The notes beneath the pieces were generated by a model. The model saw nothing but the letters and a program-made list of their open reading frames with translations. It did no database searches and was not told the DNA's origin. The position numbers were made by a program, and so were the translations under genes. Below, in pieces: positions 42,401-53,568 of a stretch of 64,000 nucleotides of DNA; position 1 is the stretch's first letter, and each line of letters opens with the position of its first letter. Source of the DNA: Thermoanaerobaculia bacterium (GTDB lineage Bacteria > Acidobacteriota > Thermoanaerobaculia > UBA5066); NCBI GenBank assembly GCA_963816185.1, contig CAWFJJ010000008.1, positions 128,001-192,000 on the forward strand, written 5' to 3'.

Positions 42401-44683
42401 ATGCCGCTCTCTCCGGGCTCCCGCATCGGGCCGTACGAGATCCTTGGCCCGCTCGGCGCCGGCGGGATGGGAGAGGTCTACCGGGCGAAAGACCTTCGCC
42501 TCGATCGAGAAGTCGCGGTAAAGGTACTGCCGGAAGAGTTCTTTGGGGGTGAAGAGAGAAGGCAGCGCTTCGAGCGGGAGGCGCGGCTGCTCGCAGCGCT
42601 CAATCATTCCGGAATCGCCGCCATCTACTCATTCGAAGAAATCCCCTCTTCCTCTTCTTCTTCGCGTCACGTGCTCGTCATGGAGCTCGTCGAAGGCGAG
42701 GGCCTGGACGCGAAAATTTCCTCGGGCCCTCTTCCGCTCGAAGAATCTCTCTCTCTCGCCCGGCAGATTGCCGAGGCGCTCTCGGCCGCGCATGCCAAGG
42801 GGATCGTCCACCGCGACCTGAAGCCCGCGAACGTGAGAGTGACGCCCGAGGGGCGCGTGAAGCTCCTCGACTTCGGCCTCGCGAAGAGAGCGGACCGGGA
42901 CGCGATCGCGAGCGAGAGCGAGACCGCGACCCGACCCCTCACGCAGGAGGGGGTCGTGCTGGGGACGTTCCCGTACATGTCGCCCGAGCAGGTGCGCGGG
43001 CGGAACGTGAACGAGCGGACGGACGTGTGGGCGTTCGGCTGCCTCCTGTTCGAGATGCTCACCGGGAGAAGGCCGTTCGGCGGCGACAGCGCGCCCGACG
43101 TTCTCGCGGCGATCCTCACGAAGGATCCGGACTGGAGCGCGCTTCGCGCGCCCGGTTTCTCGAGCGTCCAGGAGCTCCTCGCCCGGTGCCTGAGGCGCGA
43201 CGAGGTCGAGCGGCCACACGGCATGTCGGACGTGACGCGGGATCTCGATAGGATCGCCGACGTGGCACGGGAGGGGCATTCACTCTCCGCAAAAGGCTCC
43301 CGGTCCCCGGCGCCCGTCTCGATCGCGGTGCTGCCGTTCGCCGACATGAGCCCCGCGAAGGACCAGGAATACCTGTGCGAGGGAATGGCCGAGGAGATCA
43401 TGAACGCGCTCGTGGGGGCCGGAATCCGCGTGGCCGCGCGGATGTCGACGTTTCGCGCCGCCCGGCAGGGGGAAGACCTCACGGCGGTCGCGCGCGTCCT
43501 CAACGTCGGGCACGTCCTCGACGGTAGCGTCCGCACGGCGGGGGCGCGGATCCGCGTCACGGCGCGCCTCACGGACGCCACGGCCGGCTTCCAGGTCTGG
43601 TCGGAGAAGTTCGACCGGGAGCTCGTCGACGTCTTCGCGGTGCAGGACGAGATCGCGGCCGGCGTCGTCGCGGCCGTGCGCAGCCGTCTCGGCGCGGAGT
43701 CGGCCGCCCTCCAGGCCCGGCGGCAGGTCCCGAATCTCGAGGCCTACCAGCACTACCTGATGGGCCGCCATCTTCGGTTCACGAAGAACGACCACGGGAG
43801 CGCCCTACTCAGCTTTGAGCGGGCCGTCGCTCTCGACCCGTCGCACGGCCCTTCGTGGGTCGGGCTGGCCGACATCCACGTCCTCGCGGCGGCCTACGGA
43901 GTGAGACCGTCGGCCGAGGCGAACGCGGCGGCCAAGCTTGAGCTCGCGACCGCGCGGCGCCTGCAGGGCGAGACCGGGGACGCCCGCTACGTCGAGGGCA
44001 TGATCGCGTTCGGCGAGCGGCGCTGGGCGGACGCCGATCGCGCGTTGGCCGGGGCGATCCTGATCGAGCCCGGCAACGTCCAGGCGCGGTGCTGGAGCGC
44101 GATGCTGCATTCGGTCCGGGGACGGACGGAGGAGGCTGTCGAGGCGCTGGAACGCGCCAGGGAGATCGATCCGGTCGCGCCCTACCCGTACGCGATGACC
44201 GGCTTCTGTCTCCTGAACCTCCGGCGGGCCTCCGACGCGGCGGCGTTCGCCGGCCAGGCTCTGGCGTTCGACGAGGATAACCTCTTGGCGCTCTGGGTCT
44301 CGGGAGCGGCGGACGTCTCCGGAGGAAGGGCCGATCAGGCGATTTCACGCCTCGAGCGCGCTGCAGAACGCGCCCGCACGAATCCGTTCACGCAGGGCAC
44401 CCTCGGGTGGGCGCTCGCGTCGGGCGGTCGGACCGGCGATGCGCTCAGGGTCCTCGAGGCGCTGCACGTCGACGCCGTGCCGGGCGCCACGGTTCTTTCG
44501 GAGGCATGGCTCCAGGCCGCGCTCGGCGAAACGGACGCGGCATTCGATGTCCTAGAAAGAGCGTGCGCCGAGAAGCAGCTGCTCGTCCCGTTTATCGGAC
44601 TGCCGGGGTTCGACCCGGTGCGCACCGACCCACGCTTCGAGAGGTTCGTTGGCGAGCTCGAACTGCCGGCCCAGAAGCGCTGA
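42401..44683 (+). CDS. Ser/Thr protein kinase with TolB-like and TPR domains
   Basis: LGAGGMGEVY, HRDLKPAN, DFG, YMSPEQ, SIAVLPF and TPR repeats. Confidence 0.95.
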   Translation: MPLSPGSRIGPYEILGPLGAGGMGEVYRAKDLRLDREVAVKVLPEEFFGGEERRQRFEREARLLAALNHSGIAAIYSFEEIPSSSSSSRHVLVMELVEGEGLDAKISSGPLPLEESLSLARQIAEALSAAHAKGIVHRDLKPANVRVTPEGRVKLLDFGLAKRADRDAIASESETATRPLTQEGVVLGTFPYMSPEQVRGRNVNERTDVWAFGCLLFEMLTGRRPFGGDSAPDVLAAILTKDPDWSALRAPGFSSVQELLARCLRRDEVERPHGMSDVTRDLDRIADVAREGHSLSAKGSRSPAPVSIAVLPFADMSPAKDQEYLCEGMAEEIMNALVGAGIRVAARMSTFRAARQGEDLTAVARVLNVGHVLDGSVRTAGARIRVTARLTDATAGFQVWSEKFDRELVDVFAVQDEIAAGVVAAVRSRLGAESAALQARRQVPNLEAYQHYLMGRHLRFTKNDHGSALLSFERAVALDPSHGPSWVGLADIHVLAAAYGVRPSAEANAAAKLELATARRLQGETGDARYVEGMIAFGERRWADADRALAGAILIEPGNVQARCWSAMLHSVRGRTEEAVEALERAREIDPVAPYPYAMTGFCLLNLRRASDAAAFAGQALAFDEDNLLALWVSGAADVSGGRADQAISRLERAAERARTNPFTQGTLGWALASGGRTGDALRVLEALHVDAVPGATVLSEAWLQAALGETDAAFDVLERACAEKQLLVPFIGLPGFDPVRTDPRFERFVGELELPAQKR

Positions 44684-44686
44684 GCT

Positions 44687-45388
44687 TCAGACCAGGTCGA
44701 AGACGAGAAATTCCGCTTCGTCCTTCGGCGCGGTAAACGTGAACGCCGTCTCGTCCGACGCGGAGAGGCCGTCGCCGGCAGAGAGCGTCTTCCCGTTCAC
44801 CTCGACGGTACCGCGTAGCGACTGGACCCAGAGATACCGGCCCTTCGGCAGCGCGAACGACGTCTCCGTTCCCGGCTCGAGCACGGACGCGTAGATCCGC
44901 GCGTCCTGCCGTATCGCGAGAGAGCCATCCACGCCGTCCGGTGACGCGACGACGCGCAGTTGGCCCGTCTTGTCCGCCTTCTCGACGCGGATCTGTCCGT
45001 AGCGAGGCGCGTATCCCGCCCGGTCCGGGACGATCCAGATCTGGACGAAATGGACGGGCGCGGTCCCGCTCGCGTTGAACTCGCTGTGGAGGACGCCCGT
45101 GCCCGCGCTCATGTACTGGACGTCTCCCGGAACGATCGTCGAGCCATTTCCCATGTTGTCCTTGTGGGCGAGCGCGCCCTCGAGGACGTACGACACGATC
45201 TCCATGTCCCGATGCCCGTGCCTGGCGAACCCCTGACCCGGCTGCACGGTGTCGTCGTTCAGGACGCGCAAGGCGCGGAACCCCATGTGACGCTCGTCGT
45301 GATAGTCGGCGAAGGAGAACGTGTGCCACGTGTCGAGCCAGCCGTGGGTTGCATGGCCGCGCTGTTTGGCGGGGCGGATCGTGATCAG
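44687..45388 (-). CDS. Pirin family protein (YhhW-like)
   Basis: (M)ITIRPAKQRG, HTFSFADY, HGHRDMEI and MSAGTGVLHSE. CTG start overlapping the pruA stop. Confidence 0.92.
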   Translation of the reverse strand: MITIRPAKQRGHATHGWLDTWHTFSFADYHDERHMGFRALRVLNDDTVQPGQGFARHGHRDMEIVSYVLEGALAHKDNMGNGSTIVPGDVQYMSAGTGVLHSEFNASGTAPVHFVQIWIVPDRAGYAPRYGQIRVEKADKTGQLRVVASPDGVDGSLAIRQDARIYASVLEPGTETSFALPKGRYLWVQSLRGTVEVNGKTLSAGDGLSASDETAFTFTAPKDEAEFLVFDLV

Positions 45389-46935
45389 AGCAGCTTCTCC
45401 GAAATCGATTTGGCCTGCAGGAAGAGCCCGAGGTAATCGCGGCCGCCGGCCTTGCTGTCGGTGCCGGACATGTCGAAGCCGCCGAACGGGTGCACGCCGA
45501 CGAGGGCGCCGGTGCACTTGCGGTTGATGTAGAGGTTTCCGCAATGGAGGCTCCTCTTGGCCTCCGCGATGCGGTAGCGGTCGCGCCCGAAATACGAGCC
45601 CGTGAGGCCGTACTCGCTCGCGTTCGCGAGCGCAATCCCCGTCTCGAAGTCCTTCGCCTCGGTGATCCCGAGGACGGGCCCGAAGATCTCCTCCTGGAAG
45701 ATGCGTGCCCCCGGCTTCACGTCGTAAAAGACCGTCGGGGCGACAAAGTTGCCGACGCGGCCGTTCCACGTCCCGCCCGTCCCGAGCCTCGACTCGCGCT
45801 TGCCGATCTTCACGTAGTCCGTCACGGTCTTGAGCTGGCGCTCGGATGCGACCGGCCCGAGGTAGTTTCGGTGGTCGCGCGTCGGGCCCTGCGTGAGCCT
45901 GGCCGTCTTCGCGACGACGGCGTCCACGAAGCGCTTGTAAAGTCTGCGGTGGACGATCGCGCGCGAGCAGGCCGAGCACTTCTGGCCCTGGAAGCCGAAG
46001 GCCGAGGCGACGACCTGCGAGACGGCCGACTCGAAATCCGCGTCTTCGTCCACGACGATGAAGTCCTTTCCCCCCATCTCGAGGACGACGCGTTTGATCC
46101 AGCGCTGGCTCTTCGCGATCGCGGCGGCCTTCTGGTTGATCCCGAGACCCACCGCCTTCGACCCCGTGAAGGAGATGAAGCGCGTCGCGGGCGACTCGAC
46201 GAGGAAGTCGCCGACGTCGCTGCCCGGGCCGGGCAGGTAGTTCAGGACGCCGGCCGGCACACCGGCTTCCTCGAGGACGTTGAAGACCTTCCACGCGACG
46301 AGCGGCGTGTCGGACGCGGGCTTGAGGACGACCGCATTTCCCGTGACGAGGGCCGCGGACGTCATCCCGGTCAGGATCGCGTTCGGGAAGTTCCAGGGCG
46401 GAATGACCGCGCCGGCCCCGAGCGAAACATAGCGCGTCTCCGGGAACTCGCCGCGGTACGGCGTGACCGGGATCTCGCCGCCCCAGCGCAGCATCTCACG
46501 GGCGTAGAACTCGAGGAAGTCGATCGCCTCGGCGGTCTCGACGTCGGCCTCGGGCCAGGACTTGCCGATCTCGAGCACCATCGTCGCGGAAAAGTCGTGC
46601 TTTCTCTCGCGCATGCGTGCCGCGGCGCGGAGGAGCACGGACGCTCGCTCGCGGGGTGCGACGCCGCCCCAGGTCTTCTGGGCCTTGACGGCCGACTCGA
46701 GCGCCTTCGCCGCGGCTCTCCGGTCCGCGAGGTGATGGCGCGAGAGGACCTCTGCGCGGTCGGCCGGATTGCGATTCTCGAGCAGGTGGCCGGTCTTGAA
46801 GCGGCGGCCGCCGATGACGAGGGGAATCTCGACGCCTCTGAGGCGCTCGACGCGCGCGAGAGCGGACTCGAAGGCCGAACGGGACTCGGCCTGCGAGAAG
46901 TCGGTGAATGGCTCGTTGCGAAATTCTTCGAGCAT
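45385..46935 (-). CDS. pruA: 1-pyrroline-5-carboxylate dehydrogenase (RocA/PruA)
   Basis: FRNEP, PPWNFP, FTGS, EMGGKD, GQKCSACSR and EEIFGP. Confidence 0.93.
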   Translation of the reverse strand: MLEEFRNEPFTDFSQAESRSAFESALARVERLRGVEIPLVIGGRRFKTGHLLENRNPADRAEVLSRHHLADRRAAAKALESAVKAQKTWGGVAPRERASVLLRAAARMRERKHDFSATMVLEIGKSWPEADVETAEAIDFLEFYAREMLRWGGEIPVTPYRGEFPETRYVSLGAGAVIPPWNFPNAILTGMTSAALVTGNAVVLKPASDTPLVAWKVFNVLEEAGVPAGVLNYLPGPGSDVGDFLVESPATRFISFTGSKAVGLGINQKAAAIAKSQRWIKRVVLEMGGKDFIVVDEDADFESAVSQVVASAFGFQGQKCSACSRAIVHRRLYKRFVDAVVAKTARLTQGPTRDHRNYLGPVASERQLKTVTDYVKIGKRESRLGTGGTWNGRVGNFVAPTVFYDVKPGARIFQEEIFGPVLGITEAKDFETGIALANASEYGLTGSYFGRDRYRIAEAKRSLHCGNLYINRKCTGALVGVHPFGGFDMSGTDSKAGGRDYLGLFLQAKSISEKLL

Positions 46936-47029
46936 GGGAGAAACATTCTATCGTGACACTCGCGAATCCCAACGTTGATCTCTTGCTCTGTCTTGTGAGA
47001 GAGTTGTCGTCCTGGGGAGGAACTTTCGA

Positions 47030-47521
47030 ATGGACAAGAATCCAGCTGGTATTCGCATGTTCGTGACGGATCTGGTCAAGAAGAACAAGGCGCTCACGGA
47101 GCGCGAGGTGAAGGCGGCGATCGGCAAGGCGTTCAAGCTGAACCCCAAGACGATCAGCGCAGGCGTCATCCGCGATGTGCGCAAGCGTCTCGGAATCGAC
47201 CGGCCGGGCGCGATTGCGTACGCGAAGGCGATGCTGAAGAAGAACCCGGTGCTCGAAGCCAAGAAGGTCATCGAAACGGTGGGATCGAAGTTTGGAATCC
47301 GGCTCGGCCCGCCCGACGTTTCGCGGCTTCGCCCCGCCGGCTCGAAGCGGCAGCGCGCGGTTCGTCCCGCGAGCGCCGGAAGAGCCGCACCCGTGAAACG
47401 CGGCAGGCCGGGCCGCCCCCCGAAGAGCTCGCGCTCCGGGGGCGCCATCTCCGTGACGTATCAGGGCAGCGGAAGGCCCGAGGATCTCGCCGCATTCTTC
47501 CGCGGCCTCGCCGGACAATAG
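47030..47521 (+). CDS. Small, highly basic hypothetical protein with an internal repeat and an AT-hook-like motif
   Basis: GGAGG RBS, K/R-rich sequence, KKN...V...KF repeat x2 and KRGRPGRPPK. Confidence 0.8.
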   Translation: MDKNPAGIRMFVTDLVKKNKALTEREVKAAIGKAFKLNPKTISAGVIRDVRKRLGIDRPGAIAYAKAMLKKNPVLEAKKVIETVGSKFGIRLGPPDVSRLRPAGSKRQRAVRPASAGRAAPVKRGRPGRPPKSSRSGGAISVTYQGSGRPEDLAAFFRGLAGQ

Positions 47522-47584
47522 CCGTCCGGCCTCCGGGGTTTGACCGCACGCAGGGGGACCCGCATAATCCGCGGCCCTGCGTAT

Positions 47585-47658
47585 TGGGGGGTCGTCCAAC
47601 GGTAGGACTCCAGACTCTGGATCTGGCTATCGGGGTTCAAATCCCTGCCCCCCAGCCA
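47585..47658 (+). tRNA. tRNA-Gln (CTG)
   Basis: T1-A72 acceptor pair, CCAGA-CT CTG GA-TCTGG, GGTTCAAATCC and CCA. TTGACC-N17-CATAAT promoter upstream. Confidence 0.97.
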
Positions 47659-47750
47659 TGAATTCGCCCGCCGAAGGCGGGCGAGCGCGCCGAAGGCGCG
47701 CGTAATTCATGGCAGCAACATGTCCTGGGGGAACCCGGGTCGGTTCCCCC
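47655..47750. repeat. Y-shaped palindrome fused to the tRNA 3' end, plus a GGGGGAACC/GGTTCCCCC hairpin
   Basis: GCCATGAATT/AATTCATGGC enclose CGCCCGCC-GAA-GGCGGGCG and GCGCGCC-GAA-GGCGCGC. Confidence 0.75.
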
Positions 47751-47776
47751 AAACCTCCTCCGTTCTCGGATTCTCC

Positions 47777-48175
47777 TTAGAGAATTGTTCGGCCCAATCC
47801 GACCTTTCTAAGAAGTTTCTCTCCGAACGCGACCGCGAATGCGACACCCGCCATGTCGGCGAGGACGTCTCCGATGTCGACGTCACGGCCGGGTGTATAC
47901 GACTGGTGGATCTCGTCCGAGCAGCCCCAGAGCAACCCCACGAGAACCAGGAAGACAGCCGTCTTTCCGCGACTCCAGCCTTCGCCGAAGCGTGCTGCGC
48001 GGACCGCAAGAAGGCCCGTGATGAGGAAATAAGCGGCGTGCTCGAATTTGTCCTTCTGCCAGAACCAGGGGCCGAGAGGAGGCATGCCGCTTGGCGTCTG
48101 CGCCGAGAGGAAGAACTCGTAGCCCAGGAGAAGGGCCACGGGCGCCCAGAGAATCAGCCGTGCCCGCGCGGTCAC
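47777..48175 (-). CDS. VanZ family membrane protein
   Basis: DKFEHAAYF and SDEIHQSYTPGR..DIGDVLADMAG. Confidence 0.9.
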   Translation of the reverse strand: MTARARLILWAPVALLLGYEFFLSAQTPSGMPPLGPWFWQKDKFEHAAYFLITGLLAVRAARFGEGWSRGKTAVFLVLVGLLWGCSDEIHQSYTPGRDVDIGDVLADMAGVAFAVAFGEKLLRKVGLGRTIL

Positions 48176-48188
48176 GGATCGCCGCGGC

Positions 48189-49397
48189 TTACGCCGCCGG
48201 CGTCAGGACGGTGCAGACCGAGGCGCAGATCGGGCCGCCGATATTGAAGGTCGCAGCGGCGCGCGGATTTGGAACCTGAAGCTCCTTGGGCGCCTTTCCC
48301 AGGAGCTGCCACGCGGACCAGCCCACCATCGCGATGCCGGTTGCGCCGATCGGATGTCCCTTCGCGATGAGCCCGCCCGACGTATTGATGCCGCACTCAC
48401 CATCTGGCCGGGCCTTCCCCTCGACCCAGAAGCGCGCTCCTTTTCCGGCGGGCGCCTTCCCGATGACCTCGGTCCCGATCGCCCCCATGACGGTGAAGCA
48501 GTCGTGCACCTCGGCGACGTTGACCTCGTCCGGTCGGATGCCCGCGCGCGCGTAAGCCTTCGCCATGGCCGCGCGCGCTCCGCAGGGATGCAGAACGTCG
48601 CGCCCCGCTTTCTGGAGCGGGTCCGTGGCCTGAGCGAAGCCGGCAAGCCTCACCGTGTCGGCCTTGGCGACGCCGAGCTTCGCGAGCCCTTCCTCCGTGG
48701 CGAGGATCAGCCCGGCGTAACCGTCGGTGATCTGCGAGCAGTCGTACGTTTTCAGCGGAAGGCCGTCCACCACGTAGCGGTTGATGCCCTCGATGGCCAC
48801 GGCCTTCTCGAGGGTGACGTCGTTCCGCTGCATTTGCGCGTACGGATTGTGGCGGGCGTTCCCGTACTCCTGGACGGCGATCGCCGCGAGATCCGTCTCG
48901 GTGGCGCCATGCTGCTTCATGTACTCGTCCATCACTTCCGCAAAGAGGTGCGGGAAGACGAAAACCTTTCCCTCACGCTCGGACGGGTGCGAGAAATAGC
49001 CAAGCACCTTCCCGATGAGCTTGCCGTCCATCTTCCCTTCGGCGTCACGCATTTTCTCGAAGCCGATGGCGATCCCGGTGTCGCCTTCGCCAAGAAGGAT
49101 CTTCTGCGCGACCGAGACGATGGCCTGCCCGCCCGATGCGCAGGCGTTCTCGACCGCCTCGATCGGCTTGGCGCCCATTCCCGGAACCATCGCCACGAGG
49201 CCGGCCAGGAGGCCCTGCTCGTTCAGCGAGAAATTGCACGTGGCGCCGATGGAAGCGACGTCGAGCGCGGACGCCGGGACTCCGATCGAAGAGCACGTCT
49301 CCTCGACGGCCCTGGTGACGATCTCCGGAACGGTCATTCCCATCAGCTTTCCGAACCGCGACTGGTGATAGGCGGCGACATAGAGGGACTTGCTCAT
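48189..49397 (-). CDS. SCP2-type thiolase
   Basis: ENACASGG, DCSQITDG, EVHDCF and GHPIGATG. GGAGG RBS before ATG 49397. Confidence 0.9.
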   Translation of the reverse strand: MSKSLYVAAYHQSRFGKLMGMTVPEIVTRAVEETCSSIGVPASALDVASIGATCNFSLNEQGLLAGLVAMVPGMGAKPIEAVENACASGGQAIVSVAQKILLGEGDTGIAIGFEKMRDAEGKMDGKLIGKVLGYFSHPSEREGKVFVFPHLFAEVMDEYMKQHGATETDLAAIAVQEYGNARHNPYAQMQRNDVTLEKAVAIEGINRYVVDGLPLKTYDCSQITDGYAGLILATEEGLAKLGVAKADTVRLAGFAQATDPLQKAGRDVLHPCGARAAMAKAYARAGIRPDEVNVAEVHDCFTVMGAIGTEVIGKAPAGKGARFWVEGKARPDGECGINTSGGLIAKGHPIGATGIAMVGWSAWQLLGKAPKELQVPNPRAAATFNIGGPICASVCTVLTPAA

Positions 49398-49443
49398 GTG
49401 GAGACCTCCACGGTCGATTCTAGGCTCGCGGGAAACGTCGCGG

Positions 49444-51165
<1,722 letters not shown>

Positions 51166-51166
51166 C

Positions 51167-52588
51167 TCAGTGGGGGGCAGGCTTTCTCGCGAGAAGATCC
51201 GCGAAGGCCAGCAGGCGCCGCCGGGTCGTCTCTTTGCCGAGCACCTCGATCAGATCGAAGAGCGGTGGAGACGCGAGAACACCCGTGAGGGCGAGGCGGG
51301 CGGGCTGTGCGAGGTCTCCCAGCTTGAGGCCCTTCTCGGCTGCGAGCGTACGGGCCGCCTCCTCGAGCGCCGCGTGCGTGAACGGCTCAAGAACCGACAG
51401 ACGCTCGGCGAGCGTGCGCACGAGCGGCGCCGCCTCCGGCTTGCCGACCTTCTTCATCCCGGCCGCGTCGAAGTCCTTCGGGTCGCCGCCGTAGATCGCG
51501 AGGGCGTGCGCGAGCTCTGCGAGCGTGCGTGCGCGCGAGCGGTGGAGCGCGATCGCGCGGGCGAGAAGCTCCGGGTCCACGTCCGGGACGGAGAACGGCT
51601 TCAGCATCTCGAGGAGGCGCTCCGGCGGAACTTCCTGGAGGTACTGTCCGTTCAGCCACGCGAGCTTCTCGTGGTCGAAGCGCGAGGGAGACGGGCCGAT
51701 GCGCTCGAGCGAGAAGAGCGAGACCATCTCGGCGAGGGTCATCCGCTCCCGGTCCTCGCCGGGCGACCAGCCCAGGAGCGCAAGAAAGTTGTCGAGCGCG
51801 GCCGGCAAATAGCCCTGTGCCTCGAACTCCTCCACCCCCGCCGCTCCGTGCCGCTTGCTCAGTTTCTTGCCGTCTGCGCCGAGGATCATCCCGAGGTGCG
51901 CGAAGACGGGCGGGGGGGCGCCGAGCGCGCGGAACAGCGCTACGTGCTTCGGCGCGTTCGGAAGGTGATCGACGCCGCGGATGACGTGCGTGATCCCCAT
52001 CGCGACGTCGTCCACGCAGACCGTGAAGTGGTAGAGCGGGTGGCCGTCCGAGCGCACGAGAACGAAGTCGTCCAGCGCGCTCGCCGGAAACTCCGTGCGC
52101 CCCTGCACGACGTCATCCACGACGAGAGGCGCGTCCGGCACCTTGAGGCGCACGACGAATTTTTCGCCGGATAGGGCGCGACGGTCGGACTCCTCCTTCG
52201 AGATCGTGCGCGCTCTCCCGTCGTATCGAAACGCGCTTCCCGCTGCTTCCGCGGCCTTCTTCATCGCCTCGAGCTCGTCGGGCGTTTCGAACGCGCGATA
52301 GGCCTTGCCCTCGGCGAGAAGGCGGGCCGCGGCCTCTTCGTAGAGCGCGCTCCGCTCGCTCTGGTAGAACGGACCTTCGTCCCAGTCGAGGCCGAGCCAG
52401 CGCATCGCGTGGAGGATCTGGTCGGTCAGCTCGCGGCGGCTCCTCTCGACGTCTGTATCCTCGATGCGGAGGAGGAAGGTCCCCCCGTAGCGGCGCGCGA
52501 AGAGCCAGTTGTAGAGAGCCGTGCGCGCCCCTCCGACGTGGAGGGAGCCCGTCGGGGAGGGCGCGAAGCGGACGCGGGGAGCCGTCAT
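51167..52588 (-). CDS. gltX: Glutamate--tRNA ligase
   Basis: [21 protein letters not shown] and KLSKR. Confidence 0.97.
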   Translation of the reverse strand: MTAPRVRFAPSPTGSLHVGGARTALYNWLFARRYGGTFLLRIEDTDVERSRRELTDQILHAMRWLGLDWDEGPFYQSERSALYEEAAARLLAEGKAYRAFETPDELEAMKKAAEAAGSAFRYDGRARTISKEESDRRALSGEKFVVRLKVPDAPLVVDDVVQGRTEFPASALDDFVLVRSDGHPLYHFTVCVDDVAMGITHVIRGVDHLPNAPKHVALFRALGAPPPVFAHLGMILGADGKKLSKRHGAAGVEEFEAQGYLPAALDNFLALLGWSPGEDRERMTLAEMVSLFSLERIGPSPSRFDHEKLAWLNGQYLQEVPPERLLEMLKPFSVPDVDPELLARAIALHRSRARTLAELAHALAIYGGDPKDFDAAGMKKVGKPEAAPLVRTLAERLSVLEPFTHAALEEAARTLAAEKGLKLGDLAQPARLALTGVLASPPLFDLIEVLGKETTRRRLLAFADLLARKPAPH

Positions 52589-52635
52589 CGGGCGGCGAGG
52601 ATAACAGCCGCGCTCTGGGGCATGATGCGCGGCTC

Positions 52636-53568
52636 ATGGCCTCGCCGGCTGACGTTTCCGTGCCCCGCCCCGAGGCTCTTCGGGCCGACCTCGTGCTCGT
52701 CCTCGTCACGGCGATCTGGGGGTCGACGTTCATCGTGAACCGGCTCGCCCTCGAGACGGCGCCGCCTCTCGTCTTCGTCCTCGTGAGGTTCGCGCTCGCG
52801 GGCCTCGTCCTTTACGTTCTGGCGCGCGGCCGCCCCCGTACGCCGAACCTCGTGAAAGACAGCGCGGTCATCGGCGTCCTCCTGGCGATCGGAATCGGAA
52901 GTCAGATCGCGGGCCAGCTCTTCACCTCCGCCAGCAAAGCCGCATTCGTGACGGGCCTCTCGGTTCCGCTGACCCCGGTCGCGGGCTACCTCATGACGAA
53001 GAAGAAGCCCTCGCGGGAGAACCTGGTCGGCCTCCTCCTGGCAGCCGCCGGGTTCGTGCTGCTGACCGCGCCGGAGGGCACGGCCGGGTGGAACCGGGGA
53101 GATCTCCTGATTCTCGCGACCGCCGTCTCGTACGCGATCCTCATCGTCGTAATGGCGGAGACGGCGCCGAAGCACGATGTGCGCTGGTACTCGTTCGGGC
53201 AGATCGCGGCTGCGGCGATCGCCGTGGGCGTGGCGCGGCTTGGGCTTGCGCCGTTTCTCTCGGGGGCGGGAGCGTTCGCCGTGGCGGAGAGCCGCCCGCT
53301 TCCATTGACGCCGCGGATCGTGGCCGCGATCCTCTGGATGGCGCTCGTGGCGACGGTCGTCACGTTTCTTGCGCAGACGTGGGCGCAGCAGCGCATGCCC
53401 GCGACGCACGCGGCGATCCTTTTCGCGCTCGAGCCGGTCTTCACCGCTCTTTTCGCAGCGATTTTTCTCGGCGAGCGTATGGCGGGCCAGGACTGGCTCG
53501 GCGCCGTATTCGTCCTTGGCGGTATCGTCGTGTCCGAGCTGAAATTCTCTATTCCAGGCCGAACGTGA
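52636..53568 (+). CDS. DMT/EamA family transporter
   Basis: IWGSTF, RF.LA, EPVFT and about 10 TM helices. Confidence 0.9.
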   Translation: MASPADVSVPRPEALRADLVLVLVTAIWGSTFIVNRLALETAPPLVFVLVRFALAGLVLYVLARGRPRTPNLVKDSAVIGVLLAIGIGSQIAGQLFTSASKAAFVTGLSVPLTPVAGYLMTKKKPSRENLVGLLLAAAGFVLLTAPEGTAGWNRGDLLILATAVSYAILIVVMAETAPKHDVRWYSFGQIAAAAIAVGVARLGLAPFLSGAGAFAVAESRPLPLTPRIVAAILWMALVATVVTFLAQTWAQQRMPATHAAILFALEPVFTALFAAIFLGERMAGQDWLGAVFVLGGIVVSELKFSIPGRT

